From NCBI GenBank assembly GCA_035620735.1, contig DASPGH010000031.1, positions 1,014 through 65,013 of the forward strand: a stretch of DNA of 64,000 bases, given 5' to 3'. The position numbers were made by a program, and so were the translations under genes. Origin of the DNA: Acidimicrobiia bacterium. Lineage in GTDB: Bacteria > Actinomycetota > Acidimicrobiia > Spongiisociales > ZC4RG35. Below, one piece after another: positions 45,605 to 54,554 of the stretch. Position 1 is the stretch's first letter, and each line of letters opens with the position of its first letter. The notes under the pieces are model-generated. The model did no database searches and was not told where the DNA came from. It was given only the letters and a program-made list of their open reading frames with translations.

Positions 45605-46378
45605 TCAGACGTTTCGATACTCGACGCTTTTCCCGCGCTTGCCGATCGGCTCGATGAGACCGGTGTTGCGCAGGCAGTAGGCCATCTGCTGGGCCGTTCT
45701 CAGCGGACGTCCCAAGCCTTTGGCCAGGTCGGTTGTCGTGAAAAGCTCGGGTAGGTCTTCCGGGATGAGACGACGGAGCTCTTCGACCCCACGGATCAGC
45801 ATTGTGTCGAACACCTCGAGCAGACGTCTTTCCAGCACGCTCCAACCCTGTCTCCTCCACGACCGTCCAGGCGTGTGATGCCGATGCTCCTCCTCCTCGA
45901 TGAGAACCAGTTCGATCTCGAGATCGGACCCGATGATTCGCTCTGGGAAGCTCACCAGCTCGGCAAAGATGTCGCTGGGGTGCCCCGTCTTGGGCGAACG
46001 GCGGCGACTCAGGATCGTCCCGTCCTCGTCCACTCTCACTATCCATTTCGTCAATGCGATGGGGTGAACGATCCGGACCTTGTGGTTCGAGGCCAGCAGG
46101 GCGGCGATCTTCGTCTTCATCGACGAGAAGCCCGAGGTTTGCACCTCTACCAGGAGTTCGTCACGGACCAAGTCGATGACGTAACCGTCGATTGGGCACT
46201 CGAGTCGATCGCCCGGTCTGGAGTACCACTCCTTGAGCGAGGCGTGGAGCGGTTTCTCCCGAAGTGTCCCGATGTGCGGTGGAACGTCCGTCACGTCGAC
46301 CGAGGCTAGGAGGTTGCCTTGACGGCCACGTTGACCTCCGAGATGTTCGCGTAGCGCACAGTTGTGCTCAAAGAGCAC
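45605..46378 (-). CDS. Hypothetical protein: restriction-endonuclease-like (PD-(D/E)XK-type) N-domain plus C-terminal winged-helix-like domain
   Basis: ECPIDGYVIDLVRDELLVEVQT resembles a D..(D/E)x(K/Q) nuclease core. C-terminus TTTDLAKGLGRPLRTAQQMAYCLRNTGLIEPIGKRGKSVEY is wHTH-like. The start may be GTG 46294. Confidence 0.45.
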   Translation of the reverse strand: MLFEHNCALREHLGGQRGRQGNLLASVDVTDVPPHIGTLREKPLHASLKEWYSRPGDRLECPIDGYVIDLVRDELLVEVQTSGFSSMKTKIAALLASNHKVRIVHPIALTKWIVRVDEDGTILSRRRSPKTGHPSDIFAELVSFPERIIGSDLEIELVLIEEEEHRHHTPGRSWRRQGWSVLERRLLEVFDTMLIRGVEELRRLIPEDLPELFTTTDLAKGLGRPLRTAQQMAYCLRNTGLIEPIGKRGKSVEYRNV

Positions 46379-46870
46379 CCGTTCTTCCCGCCGACCGACT
46401 TCCTGTCAATGGACCAGTTTGCCGGGGACAACGGATTGCCCATGGGCTTCGCCTATCCGCACGACTCGCCGACCTCGCCTGAGGGCTTCCTCGTCGAGTG
46501 TCCAGGTGAGGTCTTCCCGGTCGTGTTGCTGAGCATCCAGGATTGTCCAGCCGAGACCCAAGAGGTCGATCCCAGCAATTACATCGATGGAGCGGAGATC
46601 CCGATGTGGCTGCTTCATGGTCTCTCCGATCCGCTCCTGCCCTTCAACCAGGCTCTTGTCGTATACGAGGCGACCACGGCCGAAGGCAACGAGGCGAGAC
46701 TCACTCTTGTCCCCGGTGCCGGTCACGACGTCGGACAGGTTCTCGCCGGGACCAACGCGACGACATGGGTGACGAATCGCGGCGGGCAGGAGACTGTCAC
46801 CGATGGTCGGTCGCCAACCTGGGACGACATCGAGCATTTCATCCACGTGAATCTGAGCCGTGGCCGATGA
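46364..46870 (+). pseudogene. C-terminal fragment of an alpha/beta hydrolase (dienelactone hydrolase / S9-like); nucleophile half missing
   Basis: WLLHGLSDPLLPFNQALVVY....LVPGAGHDV carries the acid and His regions only. No GxSxG segment, and no room for one before the divergent gene. Confidence 0.45.
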
Positions 46871-46916
46871 GCGTTGCGCCCGATGACGTGAACTGACCAA
46901 GTGCGATCGCAGGCGG

Positions 46917-47939
46917 GTGCCCAGACCCGCCTCGTCGCGTGTGGAGCCTTCTTTCTCATTGCACCACAATGCCCTGGGTGAAGAGAAAGCGAAGTCCTCT
47001 GTGAGTGTCCTCGATTGGCTGTTGGATTCTGACCCCGCAATCCGGTGGCAAGTGATGCGCGATCTCGAGCAGGAGCCCCCGGATCTCGTCGAAGCCGAGC
47101 GCGCCAAGGTGGCGGCAGAAGGCTGGGGTGCCCAACTGCTTGAGCTTCAGGGCACCGATGGGAGATGGGACGGTGGCACGTATCGTCCCGGCTGGGTCGA
47201 CGAATCGAAGCCCTTCTTCGATGCCTGGACTGCAACCCATTTCACGCTGCAGACTCTGCGCGACCTCGGTCTCGATCCCGGCCACCCGCGTGCCCGTCAT
47301 GCCGTGGCTTTGGTTCGCGACGAGGTGAGATGGGCCGTGAACGACGCTCCCTACTTCGAGGGCGAGACCGAGCCCTGCATCAATGGGGTCGCCCTGGCGG
47401 TTGGATCCTATTTCGGCGAGGACGTCGATGGCATCGTCGATCGGCTGCTCCAAGATACGCTCAGCGACGGTGGTTGGAACTGCTGGGTCGAGTATGGGGC
47501 GAAGGTGTCGTCGTTTCACACGACGATCTGTGTGCTCGAAGGGTTGGCCGCCTGGGAGTCTGCGGGCGGAGTGTCCGCAGACGTGACAGAGGCCCGTCGG
47601 CGAGGCGAGGAGTATTTGCTGGAGCGGGCGCTCTTTCGCTCTCGATCGACCGGTCGGGTCGTCGACCCGAGATTCACCATGTTCGCCTTCCCGGCCTATT
47701 GGTATTACGACGTGCTCCGGGCTCTCGACTACTTCCGATCGACGGGCGTGGTTCCCGATTACAGATGCGCGGAGGCGATCGAGCTCGTGAAGAGCAAGCG
47801 TGGTTCCGACGGTCGTTGGGTGTTGGAGAACCGGCATCAGGGTCCGACACATTTCCGGATGGACGGGTCCGAGGGTTCACCCAGCCGTTGGATCACGCTA
47901 CATGCGATGCGTGTGCTCGCTTGGGCCGGTGTCGATTGA
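46917..47939 (+). CDS. Prenyltransferase/squalene-oxidase-repeat (alpha/alpha-toroid) protein
   Basis: Repeated GTDGRWDGG, LSDGGWNCW and GSDGRWVLE motifs. The start is possibly GTG 47001. Confidence 0.6.
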   Translation: MPRPASSRVEPSFSLHHNALGEEKAKSSVSVLDWLLDSDPAIRWQVMRDLEQEPPDLVEAERAKVAAEGWGAQLLELQGTDGRWDGGTYRPGWVDESKPFFDAWTATHFTLQTLRDLGLDPGHPRARHAVALVRDEVRWAVNDAPYFEGETEPCINGVALAVGSYFGEDVDGIVDRLLQDTLSDGGWNCWVEYGAKVSSFHTTICVLEGLAAWESAGGVSADVTEARRRGEEYLLERALFRSRSTGRVVDPRFTMFAFPAYWYYDVLRALDYFRSTGVVPDYRCAEAIELVKSKRGSDGRWVLENRHQGPTHFRMDGSEGSPSRWITLHAMRVLAWAGVD

Positions 47940-47986
47940 TGAGGAGTGACCGGCGAGGGGCCCAACACCCCTCGCCGATGCATCGG

Positions 47987-49276
47987 TCAACCGTTGATCT
48001 CGTACCAGGCGGCCCAATCGTCGAGATTGTTCATGATCAGGGTGGCGCAGTCCGGGGTGCGTGCCCTCGCACAGTCTCCCGCCGCATATTCGTTCGCCAA
48101 CTCGCCGGACTCGGCGAATTGGCCGAAGCTCTCACGGAGATCGCGGTCCTCCGGGTAGTCACCCTCGTACCACAGGTCAACGCCGATGTCGCGGTAGATC
48201 CCGAACTCTCTGACGGTCACCGAAGGAGCTTTGCCCACGGCGGCGTTCATGGCGTTCGAGTAGTGCACCTCGCAGGACAGTGTCAGATCTTCACTGCTGG
48301 AAAACGTTGTCTCGCATCCCTCGACCGAGACGTTCGCCTCCAGGATCGCCTCATATTCGATCGTCGCATTGACGGAGTCCGACGTCGAGCAGAGATCGGC
48401 TTCGACACCGCTGATGTGTCGGGCGACAGAACAATCGCCACCGTACCAAGCCCCCAGCGCGGACTCCACGAAAGCTGCGGGCTCGGTCGTGCCTCTCCAA
48501 TCGGACCAAGCCTCGAGGTTCACGAGTTGGATCGTCGCGCACGACTCGGGAAAGGGGCCGAAGTTGCAGCTCTCGTAACCGTCGTAGCGACCTTCCATGG
48601 CGAGAAAGGTCCCCATCCCGACCACCATGAACGAGTGCTCGGGAAAGCCGAACTGTGTGATCACCCCGTCCTCCACCACGACAGGGTTGGTGTCCCCGTG
48701 ATCCGTGTAGTTGACGGCATCGGTCATGGCGTTGTGATACGGCACGTTGCAGGTGAATTCCCCGGGGGTGGTGCTCTCGGCGCAGTTGACGGTCAAACGC
48801 CCGCCGATGGCTGCCTGATATGCCGATTCCTCGCGTATCTGCTCATCGGTGCGATCTGCCAGCTCGAAGAGCTCGGCCGCGCGATCGGCATCACCGGAGT
48901 AGAAGGCGGTCACGCCGGCTTGCACGGTCTCCAGGTCGGTGCCCGCTTCGGCATCCGTTGCCACGGTCGTGGGCGTCGGCGTCGTGTCAGCCACCTCTGC
49001 TTCGTCGTCTCCCTGGGACAGTCCGTAGTAGATGGCGGCGGTGGCGAGGATGGCGATGAGAGCCGCCAGCCCCCAGAGTGGCCCCCTATTCCGGCTGGGT
49101 CTATCGGTCCTCGTCGGCTGCTGTGTCTTGGTCATGAGTGTTCCTTCTCGTCGTTTCGATACGACGACAAGTGGATCTCCGGCCAGATCGGCCTCGATCC
49201 TCTCGATCATCTCCTCCGCACCGACAGGGTCGCCTCTGTCACTGAGCCACCGAAGCTTGGTTTCGAAGTCAGCCAC
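47987..49276 (-). CDS. Putative anti-sigma factor: single-pass membrane protein with duplicated Cys-rich extracytoplasmic module
   Basis: 8-nt overlap with the upstream ECF sigma gene. TM segment LWGLAALIAILATAAIYYGL. Two internal repeats, each with four Cys (C..C.V.Y.NAM ... C..CAT(I/L)..NL(E/D).W). Confidence 0.55.
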   Translation of the reverse strand: MADFETKLRWLSDRGDPVGAEEMIERIEADLAGDPLVVVSKRREGTLMTKTQQPTRTDRPSRNRGPLWGLAALIAILATAAIYYGLSQGDDEAEVADTTPTPTTVATDAEAGTDLETVQAGVTAFYSGDADRAAELFELADRTDEQIREESAYQAAIGGRLTVNCAESTTPGEFTCNVPYHNAMTDAVNYTDHGDTNPVVVEDGVITQFGFPEHSFMVVGMGTFLAMEGRYDGYESCNFGPFPESCATIQLVNLEAWSDWRGTTEPAAFVESALGAWYGGDCSVARHISGVEADLCSTSDSVNATIEYEAILEANVSVEGCETTFSSSEDLTLSCEVHYSNAMNAAVGKAPSVTVREFGIYRDIGVDLWYEGDYPEDRDLRESFGQFAESGELANEYAAGDCARARTPDCATLIMNNLDDWAAWYEING

Positions 49277-49751
49277 CGGCCACCTCCAGCGCGGCTCGGG
49301 CCTTCTTCCTCGCCCGGTTGGCCATCGCTCTCGCTGCCACCGTGGTCATCCCCAGCTGCTCGGCCGCCTCGGCGTAGGGCACATCCTCCACCTCGACGAG
49401 GTAGAGGATGGCCCGCTGCCTTGGAGGAAGATCGAGGATGGCTTCGATGTCGGTCGGATAGCTCGGCAACCAGCCTTCGTCAGTGGTGAGCCGACTTAGA
49501 GCTCTCCGTCTTCGACCCAGGCTCCGTCGTTGGTTCGAGGCCAGATTGACGATGGTCTGTCGGAGGAAGCCCAGCGGATTGTCGAGATCGGTCAACCGGC
49601 CTCTTCTCAACGTACGCATCAGCGCCTCCTGGACCAGATCATCTGGCTCGACATCGACCGAACCCGCTACCGACGCGATCCTGCGCAGAGACGGGTAGAG
49701 CGAGGTGATCAGCTCTCTCTCCCGGTCATCGATTGAAGATCGCTTTGGCAA
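49269..49751 (-). CDS. ECF-type RNA polymerase sigma factor
   Basis: Region 2 DDLVQEALMRTL and region 4 LPPRQRAILYLVEVEDVPYAEAAEQLGMTTVAARAMANRARKK. TTG start. Confidence 0.8.
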   Translation of the reverse strand: MPKRSSIDDRERELITSLYPSLRRIASVAGSVDVEPDDLVQEALMRTLRRGRLTDLDNPLGFLRQTIVNLASNQRRSLGRRRRALSRLTTDEGWLPSYPTDIEAILDLPPRQRAILYLVEVEDVPYAEAAEQLGMTTVAARAMANRARKKARAALEVAGG

Positions 49752-50149
49752 CCGAGGTTCTCCCCTGTCGTTCCCCTAAAGACACCGGAGGCGGGCAATG
49801 TGTGACGCGGAACTTTCCGTGTGAAACCTGGGCAGGATCGTATCGACTTCGACGGAGCCGCAGGTGCTCCAACGGTCGCCGAATAGACCGGCATAGGAGG
49901 CAAGCGGTCGATGCAATAACGTGAACCAGATCCTGGCCTGCCCCGCGGCGGTCGGGTCCTCCCTGTGTATATCTAGTGGGTGGATCCTCTTTTTCGGCCG
50001 CGCGGGTGAGGGTTTGTGCATTGCCAGTCCGAAAGCTTCCAGTTCTCTTCTCGATCCACTCTGTCAGACAGTGGTTAGTTCGAGAGATGATGACGAATGC
50101 GATCCGAAATGAAGGGCATGGACGTGAGGCTCAGTCTCAGATCTGCGGA

Positions 50150-50435
50150 TCAAGGCTCGTTCTGATCGATGTCGATGTAAGGACGCAGCGCCTCCTCGAG
50201 CGCGGTATCGGGATCGGAAACCTCCAGGTCGTACGAAGGGTGCGGATGGTCGGTTCGAGGCGCCTCGTGTCCCAGCCCCTCTCCTTTCAGCCGTCGATCG
50301 GCCCTGATTGACATGACGATGGACACCGCGACCACGCCCGATCACCCCGAGCGATGCCCAATCAGGCAGGTACCGCTCGGCGATGAGCATTTTTACACCG
50401 ACGAAGCCAAGTATCACCCCGAGCCCGATGTTCAC
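50150..50435 (-). pseudogene. TerC-family membrane protein remnant (last two TM helices only, frameshifted)
   Basis: NIGLGVILGFVGVKMLIAERYLPDWASLGVIG continues in another frame as VVAVSIVMSIRADRR. There is an in-frame stop 5 codons upstream of the ORF start, and no space for the N-terminal ~200 aa. Confidence 0.5.
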
Positions 50436-50666
50436 GTAAGTAGAGCGCCCTCAGCCCCAATATTGCGAAGGCATTGACGCTGACACGGTCGACTCAGGAA
50501 GCCCCGTGGCGGCCGTCGACCGACGCTCAGAACACCACGGGGACCTTGTTTCCCCCGTGTTGCATCCCGCGACCCCTTACCTCCTATCCCTGCTCCGAGT
50601 TGACCTAACGGCCCTGGTTACGCGACCATATGGGCAGTCTTCCCCTTCCAGAGAGGTCTGTTAAGC

Positions 50667-50759
50667 ATGGGTTCGCTCGTCAAGAAGCGCCGCAAGAAGA
50701 TGTCGAAGCACAAGTACCGCAAACGTCTCAAGGCCAACCGGCACAAGCGCAAGAAGTGA
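50667..50759 (+). CDS. Small basic ribosomal protein bS22 (AURKAIP1/COX24-domain family)
   Basis: Own translation: MGSLVKKRRKKMSKHKYRKRLKANRHKRKK. Resembles mycobacterial bS22 (MGSVIKKRRKRMSKKKHRK...). Followed by a strong terminator. Confidence 0.8.
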   Translation: MGSLVKKRRKKMSKHKYRKRLKANRHKRKK

Positions 50760-50763
50760 TGCG

Positions 50764-50797
50764 AGAAACCGGGCCAATCGGCCCGGTTTTCTCTTTC
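50764..50797. terminator. Intrinsic terminator after the bS22 gene (bidirectional position)
   Basis: GAAACCGGGCC, AATC loop, GGCCCGGTTTTC, followed by TCTTTC. Confidence 0.8.
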
Positions 50798-50863
50798 AGA
50801 GCAGTTCTGGGCATGGAAATGGCCGGAATGCGGACATTTCGACGCCCAGAAAGAATCGGGGGC

Positions 50864-51694
50864 TCAGTTGTCCTTGAGGAAGTCCTCGATCTCTTCGACT
50901 AGACGGTCGGCCTGGTCACCCGTCTCCTCGGCTGCTTCGCTCTCGAGTTGCTCCACGTATTGCTGGAGCTCGATGTTCTCCTCGATGGCCTCGTCCACGG
51001 TGTCCCGGAATTGGCGTGCGCGCGAGGTGAGGTCACCAATGTCGAGACTCATCCCCAGCAGCTCCGAGGCCTTTATCGCCAGCGCCTCCACCGCAGGTGG
51101 GTAGTCCTGGTTGGACAGATAGTGGGGGACGGCGGCCCATACTGAGATCACGTCGATGCCGGCATTGCCCAGCGCGTGATTGAGAACACCCAGGATCCCG
51201 GTGGGGCCCTGATACCCCGAAGGAAGTAGACCGTGTAACTCCAGGGAATCGGGTCGCGTGGCCGATCCCACGAGGGGCACCGGCAGAGTGTGTGCCACCT
51301 GGCCGATGAAGGCGCCGAGGGTCACCGCCTTGCTCACTCCGAGTGTGGTCAAAGCCTCGACGAGCTCGGTGGTGAACGCCTTCCACTTGTAATTGGGCTC
51401 CTCGCCGATCATCACCACGAGGTCGCGGTCGGGGAGCCGGATCACATGCAGCTCGTTCTCGGGCCAGTCGATGTCCCGGGTGCCGCCCTCGTTGATGGTG
51501 ACCATCGGTCGTCGCACCTGGAAGTCGTAGTGCTCGTCGGGGTCGAACCTGGCGATGGTCTCGCTGTCGTAGTTGTCGAGGAATCTCTCGGCGGCGAGGC
51601 TCGCCGAGTCACCGGCGTCACCCCACCCCTCGAACGCAATGAGGGCGAGCGGATCCCTGAGGATCGGCCGGCTGAGCCACTGCAGGGAGCTCAT
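50864..51694 (-). CDS. PAC2 (proteasome assembly chaperone 2-like) family protein
   Basis: LIAFEGWGDAGDSAS, EPNYKW, GPTGILGVL, acidic C-terminal tail. Confidence 0.75.
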   Translation of the reverse strand: MSSLQWLSRPILRDPLALIAFEGWGDAGDSASLAAERFLDNYDSETIARFDPDEHYDFQVRRPMVTINEGGTRDIDWPENELHVIRLPDRDLVVMIGEEPNYKWKAFTTELVEALTTLGVSKAVTLGAFIGQVAHTLPVPLVGSATRPDSLELHGLLPSGYQGPTGILGVLNHALGNAGIDVISVWAAVPHYLSNQDYPPAVEALAIKASELLGMSLDIGDLTSRARQFRDTVDEAIEENIELQQYVEQLESEAAEETGDQADRLVEEIEDFLKDN

Positions 51695-51703
51695 GCCTCC
51701 AAC

Positions 51704-53902
51704 CTACTCGGGGGTGTCTGGTAGCGACAGGTAGAACGGCTTGAAGCGCCGGAGTCGTAAGGCATTGAGCACGACCGACACCGAGGAGAAAGCCATGGCG
51801 GCTGCGGCCACTGTCGGGCTCAGCAGACCGACGGCGGCCACCGGGATGGCGACCGTGTTGTAGAGGAACGCCCAAACCAGGTTCCCCTTGATCGTCCTCA
51901 GCGTGTCGTCGGCCAATTCGATCGCCACCGGAGCGAGCCGGGGGTCGTCCCGCAGGAGCACGATGTCCCCTGCCTCGACCGCCACTCCGGTGCCCGATCC
52001 CACGGCGAGACCGAGGTCTGCTTGCGTGAGGGCGGGCGCGTCGTTGACACCGTCGCCGAAGAAGGCGACCACCTGCCCCTTCTCCTGGAGTTGGCCCACC
52101 CTCTTTGCCTTGGACTCGGGCGTTGCGTGCGCATAGACGGTCTCGATCCCCACCTGCTCGCCGACGATCTCAGCGGTCCGCTGGTTATCTCCTGTCACCA
52201 GCTCTGAGGAGATGCCGAGCCAGTCGAGCCGTCTGATCGCGGCCGCTGACTGGGGACGAACCGAATCGGAGACCGAGACGACCCCTCTCACCTGTCCGTC
52301 CCATCCGGCGTAGAAGGCGGTCTGACCGGCCGCCACAGCCTGGTCGAGGACGTCGGCCCATCTCTCCATGCCGCTCATCGCTCGTTCGACGATGAGCGGC
52401 ATGGTGCCGGCAACGACGGAATGTCCGTCGACCTCTCCGAAGACGCCCAAGCCCGTGATGGTCTTCAGCTCTGAGGGCTCGGTGAGCTCCACGTCCTCTT
52501 CGTCTGCTGCCAGCCCCACGGCGATGCCGATGGGATGCCCGGAGGCGACTTCGATCGAACCGACCAGCCTCAGGAAGGTCTTTCGGTCTTCATAGGTCTC
52601 GATCGTCTGAGGGGTCATGACTCCGGTGGTCAGAGTCCCTGTCTTGTCGAAGAGCACGGTCTTGATCTCCCCGGCTCGCTCGAAGACCTCGGCCTGTTTG
52701 TAGAGGATGCCGAGCTCGGCACCGCGACCGGAACCGACCATCACGGCTGTCGGCGTGGCCAACCCCAGGGCGCAGGGGCAGGCGATTATGACAACCGAGA
52801 CCGCGATCTGCACTGCGGTGCCCACCGAGTCACCGGCGAATAGCCAGAAGCCGAAGACGGCGAGAGTGACCAGGAGCACGCCGGCGACGAACCTGGCCGA
52901 GTACACATCGGCCAGACGTTGGATCGGCGCCTTCGACCCCTGTGCCTCCTCGACCATGCGGACGATCGATGCCAGCGTGGTATCGGCGCCAACGCGAGTG
53001 GCGCGTACGGTGAGACGCCCGGCCTGATTGACGGTCGCACCGACCACCTCATTGCCGACGGTTTTGGAGACCGGGAGGGGCTCACCGGTCAGCATCGACT
53101 CGTCGACGGTGCTCGATCCGGTTTCGACCACCCCGTCAGTGGGGATTCGCTCACCCGGACGCACCACCATCAGGTCGCCCGGGATCACCTGCTCGACCGG
53201 GACCCGCTTCTCTCCGGATTCGGTGACCACCGTGGCCTGGGTGGCTCCCAACTCCAGAAGCCGATGGACTGCAGAAGAGGCGCGACCCTTGGCTCTCGCC
53301 TCGAAGACCTTCCCCAAGGTGATGAGGGTGATGATCATGCCCGCCGTCTCGAAGAACACCACACCTCCGACAAACAGGACGGCGAGTGAGTAGAAGTAGG
53401 CCGCCAGCGAGCCCAGGGAGATCAGGGTGTCCATGTTGGCCGCACCCACCCTGGCCTGTTTCAGAGCACGCTGGTGGTACTGGGCCCCGGCCCAGAACAC
53501 GACGGGTGTCACCAGAACCCATTGGGCTATCGCGTTCCACATGGCATGGGGCCCAAAGAGGTGCAACAGCATCGCCGGAGCGGTGAAGGCCAGGGCAACC
53601 CAGAACCGTTGACGCTGCTGACGCTCTTCCTCGGAGTACATGGTCACCACGTCGCGGCCCGCGTCCCCTTCGTGGAGCGTGAGGCCATATCCGATCTTGT
53701 CGACCGCAGACGTCAAGGCCGTGACGTCCACATCGTCGGACGTTCGCACCGAAGCGGAAGCACCGGCAAGATTCACCGACGCCTTCTCCACACCCTCCTG
53801 ACGTCCGAGCACGCGCTCGATTCGCACCGCGCACGTGGCGCAGGTCATCCCCTCGACGTCGAAGAGGAGGGTCTGGGTGGCGCTGGCAGCGGTCTTATCC
53901 AC
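51704..53902 (-). CDS. copA: Copper-translocating P1B-type ATPase
   Basis: N-terminal [18 protein letters not shown] in a TM helix, [16 protein letters not shown]. Confidence 0.93.
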   Translation of the reverse strand: MDKTAASATQTLLFDVEGMTCATCAVRIERVLGRQEGVEKASVNLAGASASVRTSDDVDVTALTSAVDKIGYGLTLHEGDAGRDVVTMYSEEERQQRQRFWVALAFTAPAMLLHLFGPHAMWNAIAQWVLVTPVVFWAGAQYHQRALKQARVGAANMDTLISLGSLAAYFYSLAVLFVGGVVFFETAGMIITLITLGKVFEARAKGRASSAVHRLLELGATQATVVTESGEKRVPVEQVIPGDLMVVRPGERIPTDGVVETGSSTVDESMLTGEPLPVSKTVGNEVVGATVNQAGRLTVRATRVGADTTLASIVRMVEEAQGSKAPIQRLADVYSARFVAGVLLVTLAVFGFWLFAGDSVGTAVQIAVSVVIIACPCALGLATPTAVMVGSGRGAELGILYKQAEVFERAGEIKTVLFDKTGTLTTGVMTPQTIETYEDRKTFLRLVGSIEVASGHPIGIAVGLAADEEDVELTEPSELKTITGLGVFGEVDGHSVVAGTMPLIVERAMSGMERWADVLDQAVAAGQTAFYAGWDGQVRGVVSVSDSVRPQSAAAIRRLDWLGISSELVTGDNQRTAEIVGEQVGIETVYAHATPESKAKRVGQLQEKGQVVAFFGDGVNDAPALTQADLGLAVGSGTGVAVEAGDIVLLRDDPRLAPVAIELADDTLRTIKGNLVWAFLYNTVAIPVAAVGLLSPTVAAAAMAFSSVSVVLNALRLRRFKPFYLSLPDTPE

Positions 53903-54110
53903 CGAAGACTGCGTAACCCTGCTCCTCGATAGTGGTTTTGATCGTGTCCAGGCTCACCGCGTCGTCGTCATATGCGACGTCGATGGTGGCGTTGGGGACA
54001 TCGACTTCGACGGTGTCCACACCGCCGAGAGCGCCCACGGCGCCTTCGAGGCTGGTTTTGCAGTGGTCGCAATGTACCTCGGGCACCTGCAGGGTCTTCT
54101 GGGTGGTCAT
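53895..54110 (-). CDS. copZ: Heavy-metal-associated (CopZ-like) metallochaperone
   Basis: [25 protein letters not shown]. CxxC is present as CDHC. ATGA overlap with merR, and 8-nt overlap with copA. Confidence 0.8.
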   Translation of the reverse strand: MTTQKTLQVPEVHCDHCKTSLEGAVGALGGVDTVEVDVPNATIDVAYDDDAVSLDTIKTTIEEQGYAVFGG

Positions 54111-54511
54111 GCTGTTCCTTTCGGGATGGTCTGGCATCGGTTTGGGTCGTGGCAGTCGGTGGGATCGAGGGCGCGAGCCCGGTGGATGATCTCATCGAGC
54201 CGTTCCCGGGTCCGTTCCAGGTGGTCCATCTGCTGCTCGATCTCGGTGCGATGCGATTCCAGAGTGGCGATGACGTGGTCACAGGTCGACTCTCCGTTGT
54301 CACGCAAATCGAGGATCATCTGGATCTCGAGAAGAGACATGCCTGCCGACTGGGCATCCTGGATGAACGCAATGCGGTCGGCCGCGGTCCTGTCGTAGAC
54401 GCGGTAGCCGTTGGTCTCCCTCCGAGCCTGAGGGAGCACCCCGATTTCCTCGTAGTAACGGATCGCCTTGGTGGAAACCCCGGTCCGTTCTGCCAATTGT
54501 CCGATTTTCAC
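54107..54511 (-). CDS. MerR family metal-responsive transcriptional regulator (CueR/HmrR-like)
   Basis: MKIGQLAERTGVSTKAIRYYEEIGVL HTH, C-terminal Cys pair DCHDPNRC. First gene of the copZ-copA operon. Confidence 0.88.
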   Translation of the reverse strand: MKIGQLAERTGVSTKAIRYYEEIGVLPQARRETNGYRVYDRTAADRIAFIQDAQSAGMSLLEIQMILDLRDNGESTCDHVIATLESHRTEIEQQMDHLERTRERLDEIIHRARALDPTDCHDPNRCQTIPKGTA

Positions 54512-54530
54512 CGTCCCATGATACCACCAA

Positions 54531-54554
54531 AACCTTCCAGCCAGCTAGAAGGTT
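54531..54554. promoter_or_regulatory. Candidate MerR-type operator dyad
   Basis: AACCTTC-N10-GAAGGTT. Arms resemble the ACCTTCC/GGAAGGT arms of CueR operators. TATCAT (minus strand) lies 6 nt upstream of the GTG start. Confidence 0.6.

Noticed and set aside
45540-45612. CCGGAAGGA and CAGGTCAG strings reminiscent of the SRP (4.5S) RNA conserved domain
   Set aside because: The two strings are in the wrong order and spacing, and the GGAAGCAGCC continuation is missing. This is not an SRP RNA.
47165-49489. 774-aa plus-strand ORF
   Set aside because: It spans three differently oriented real genes in antisense or alternative frames, and it is Arg-rich low complexity.
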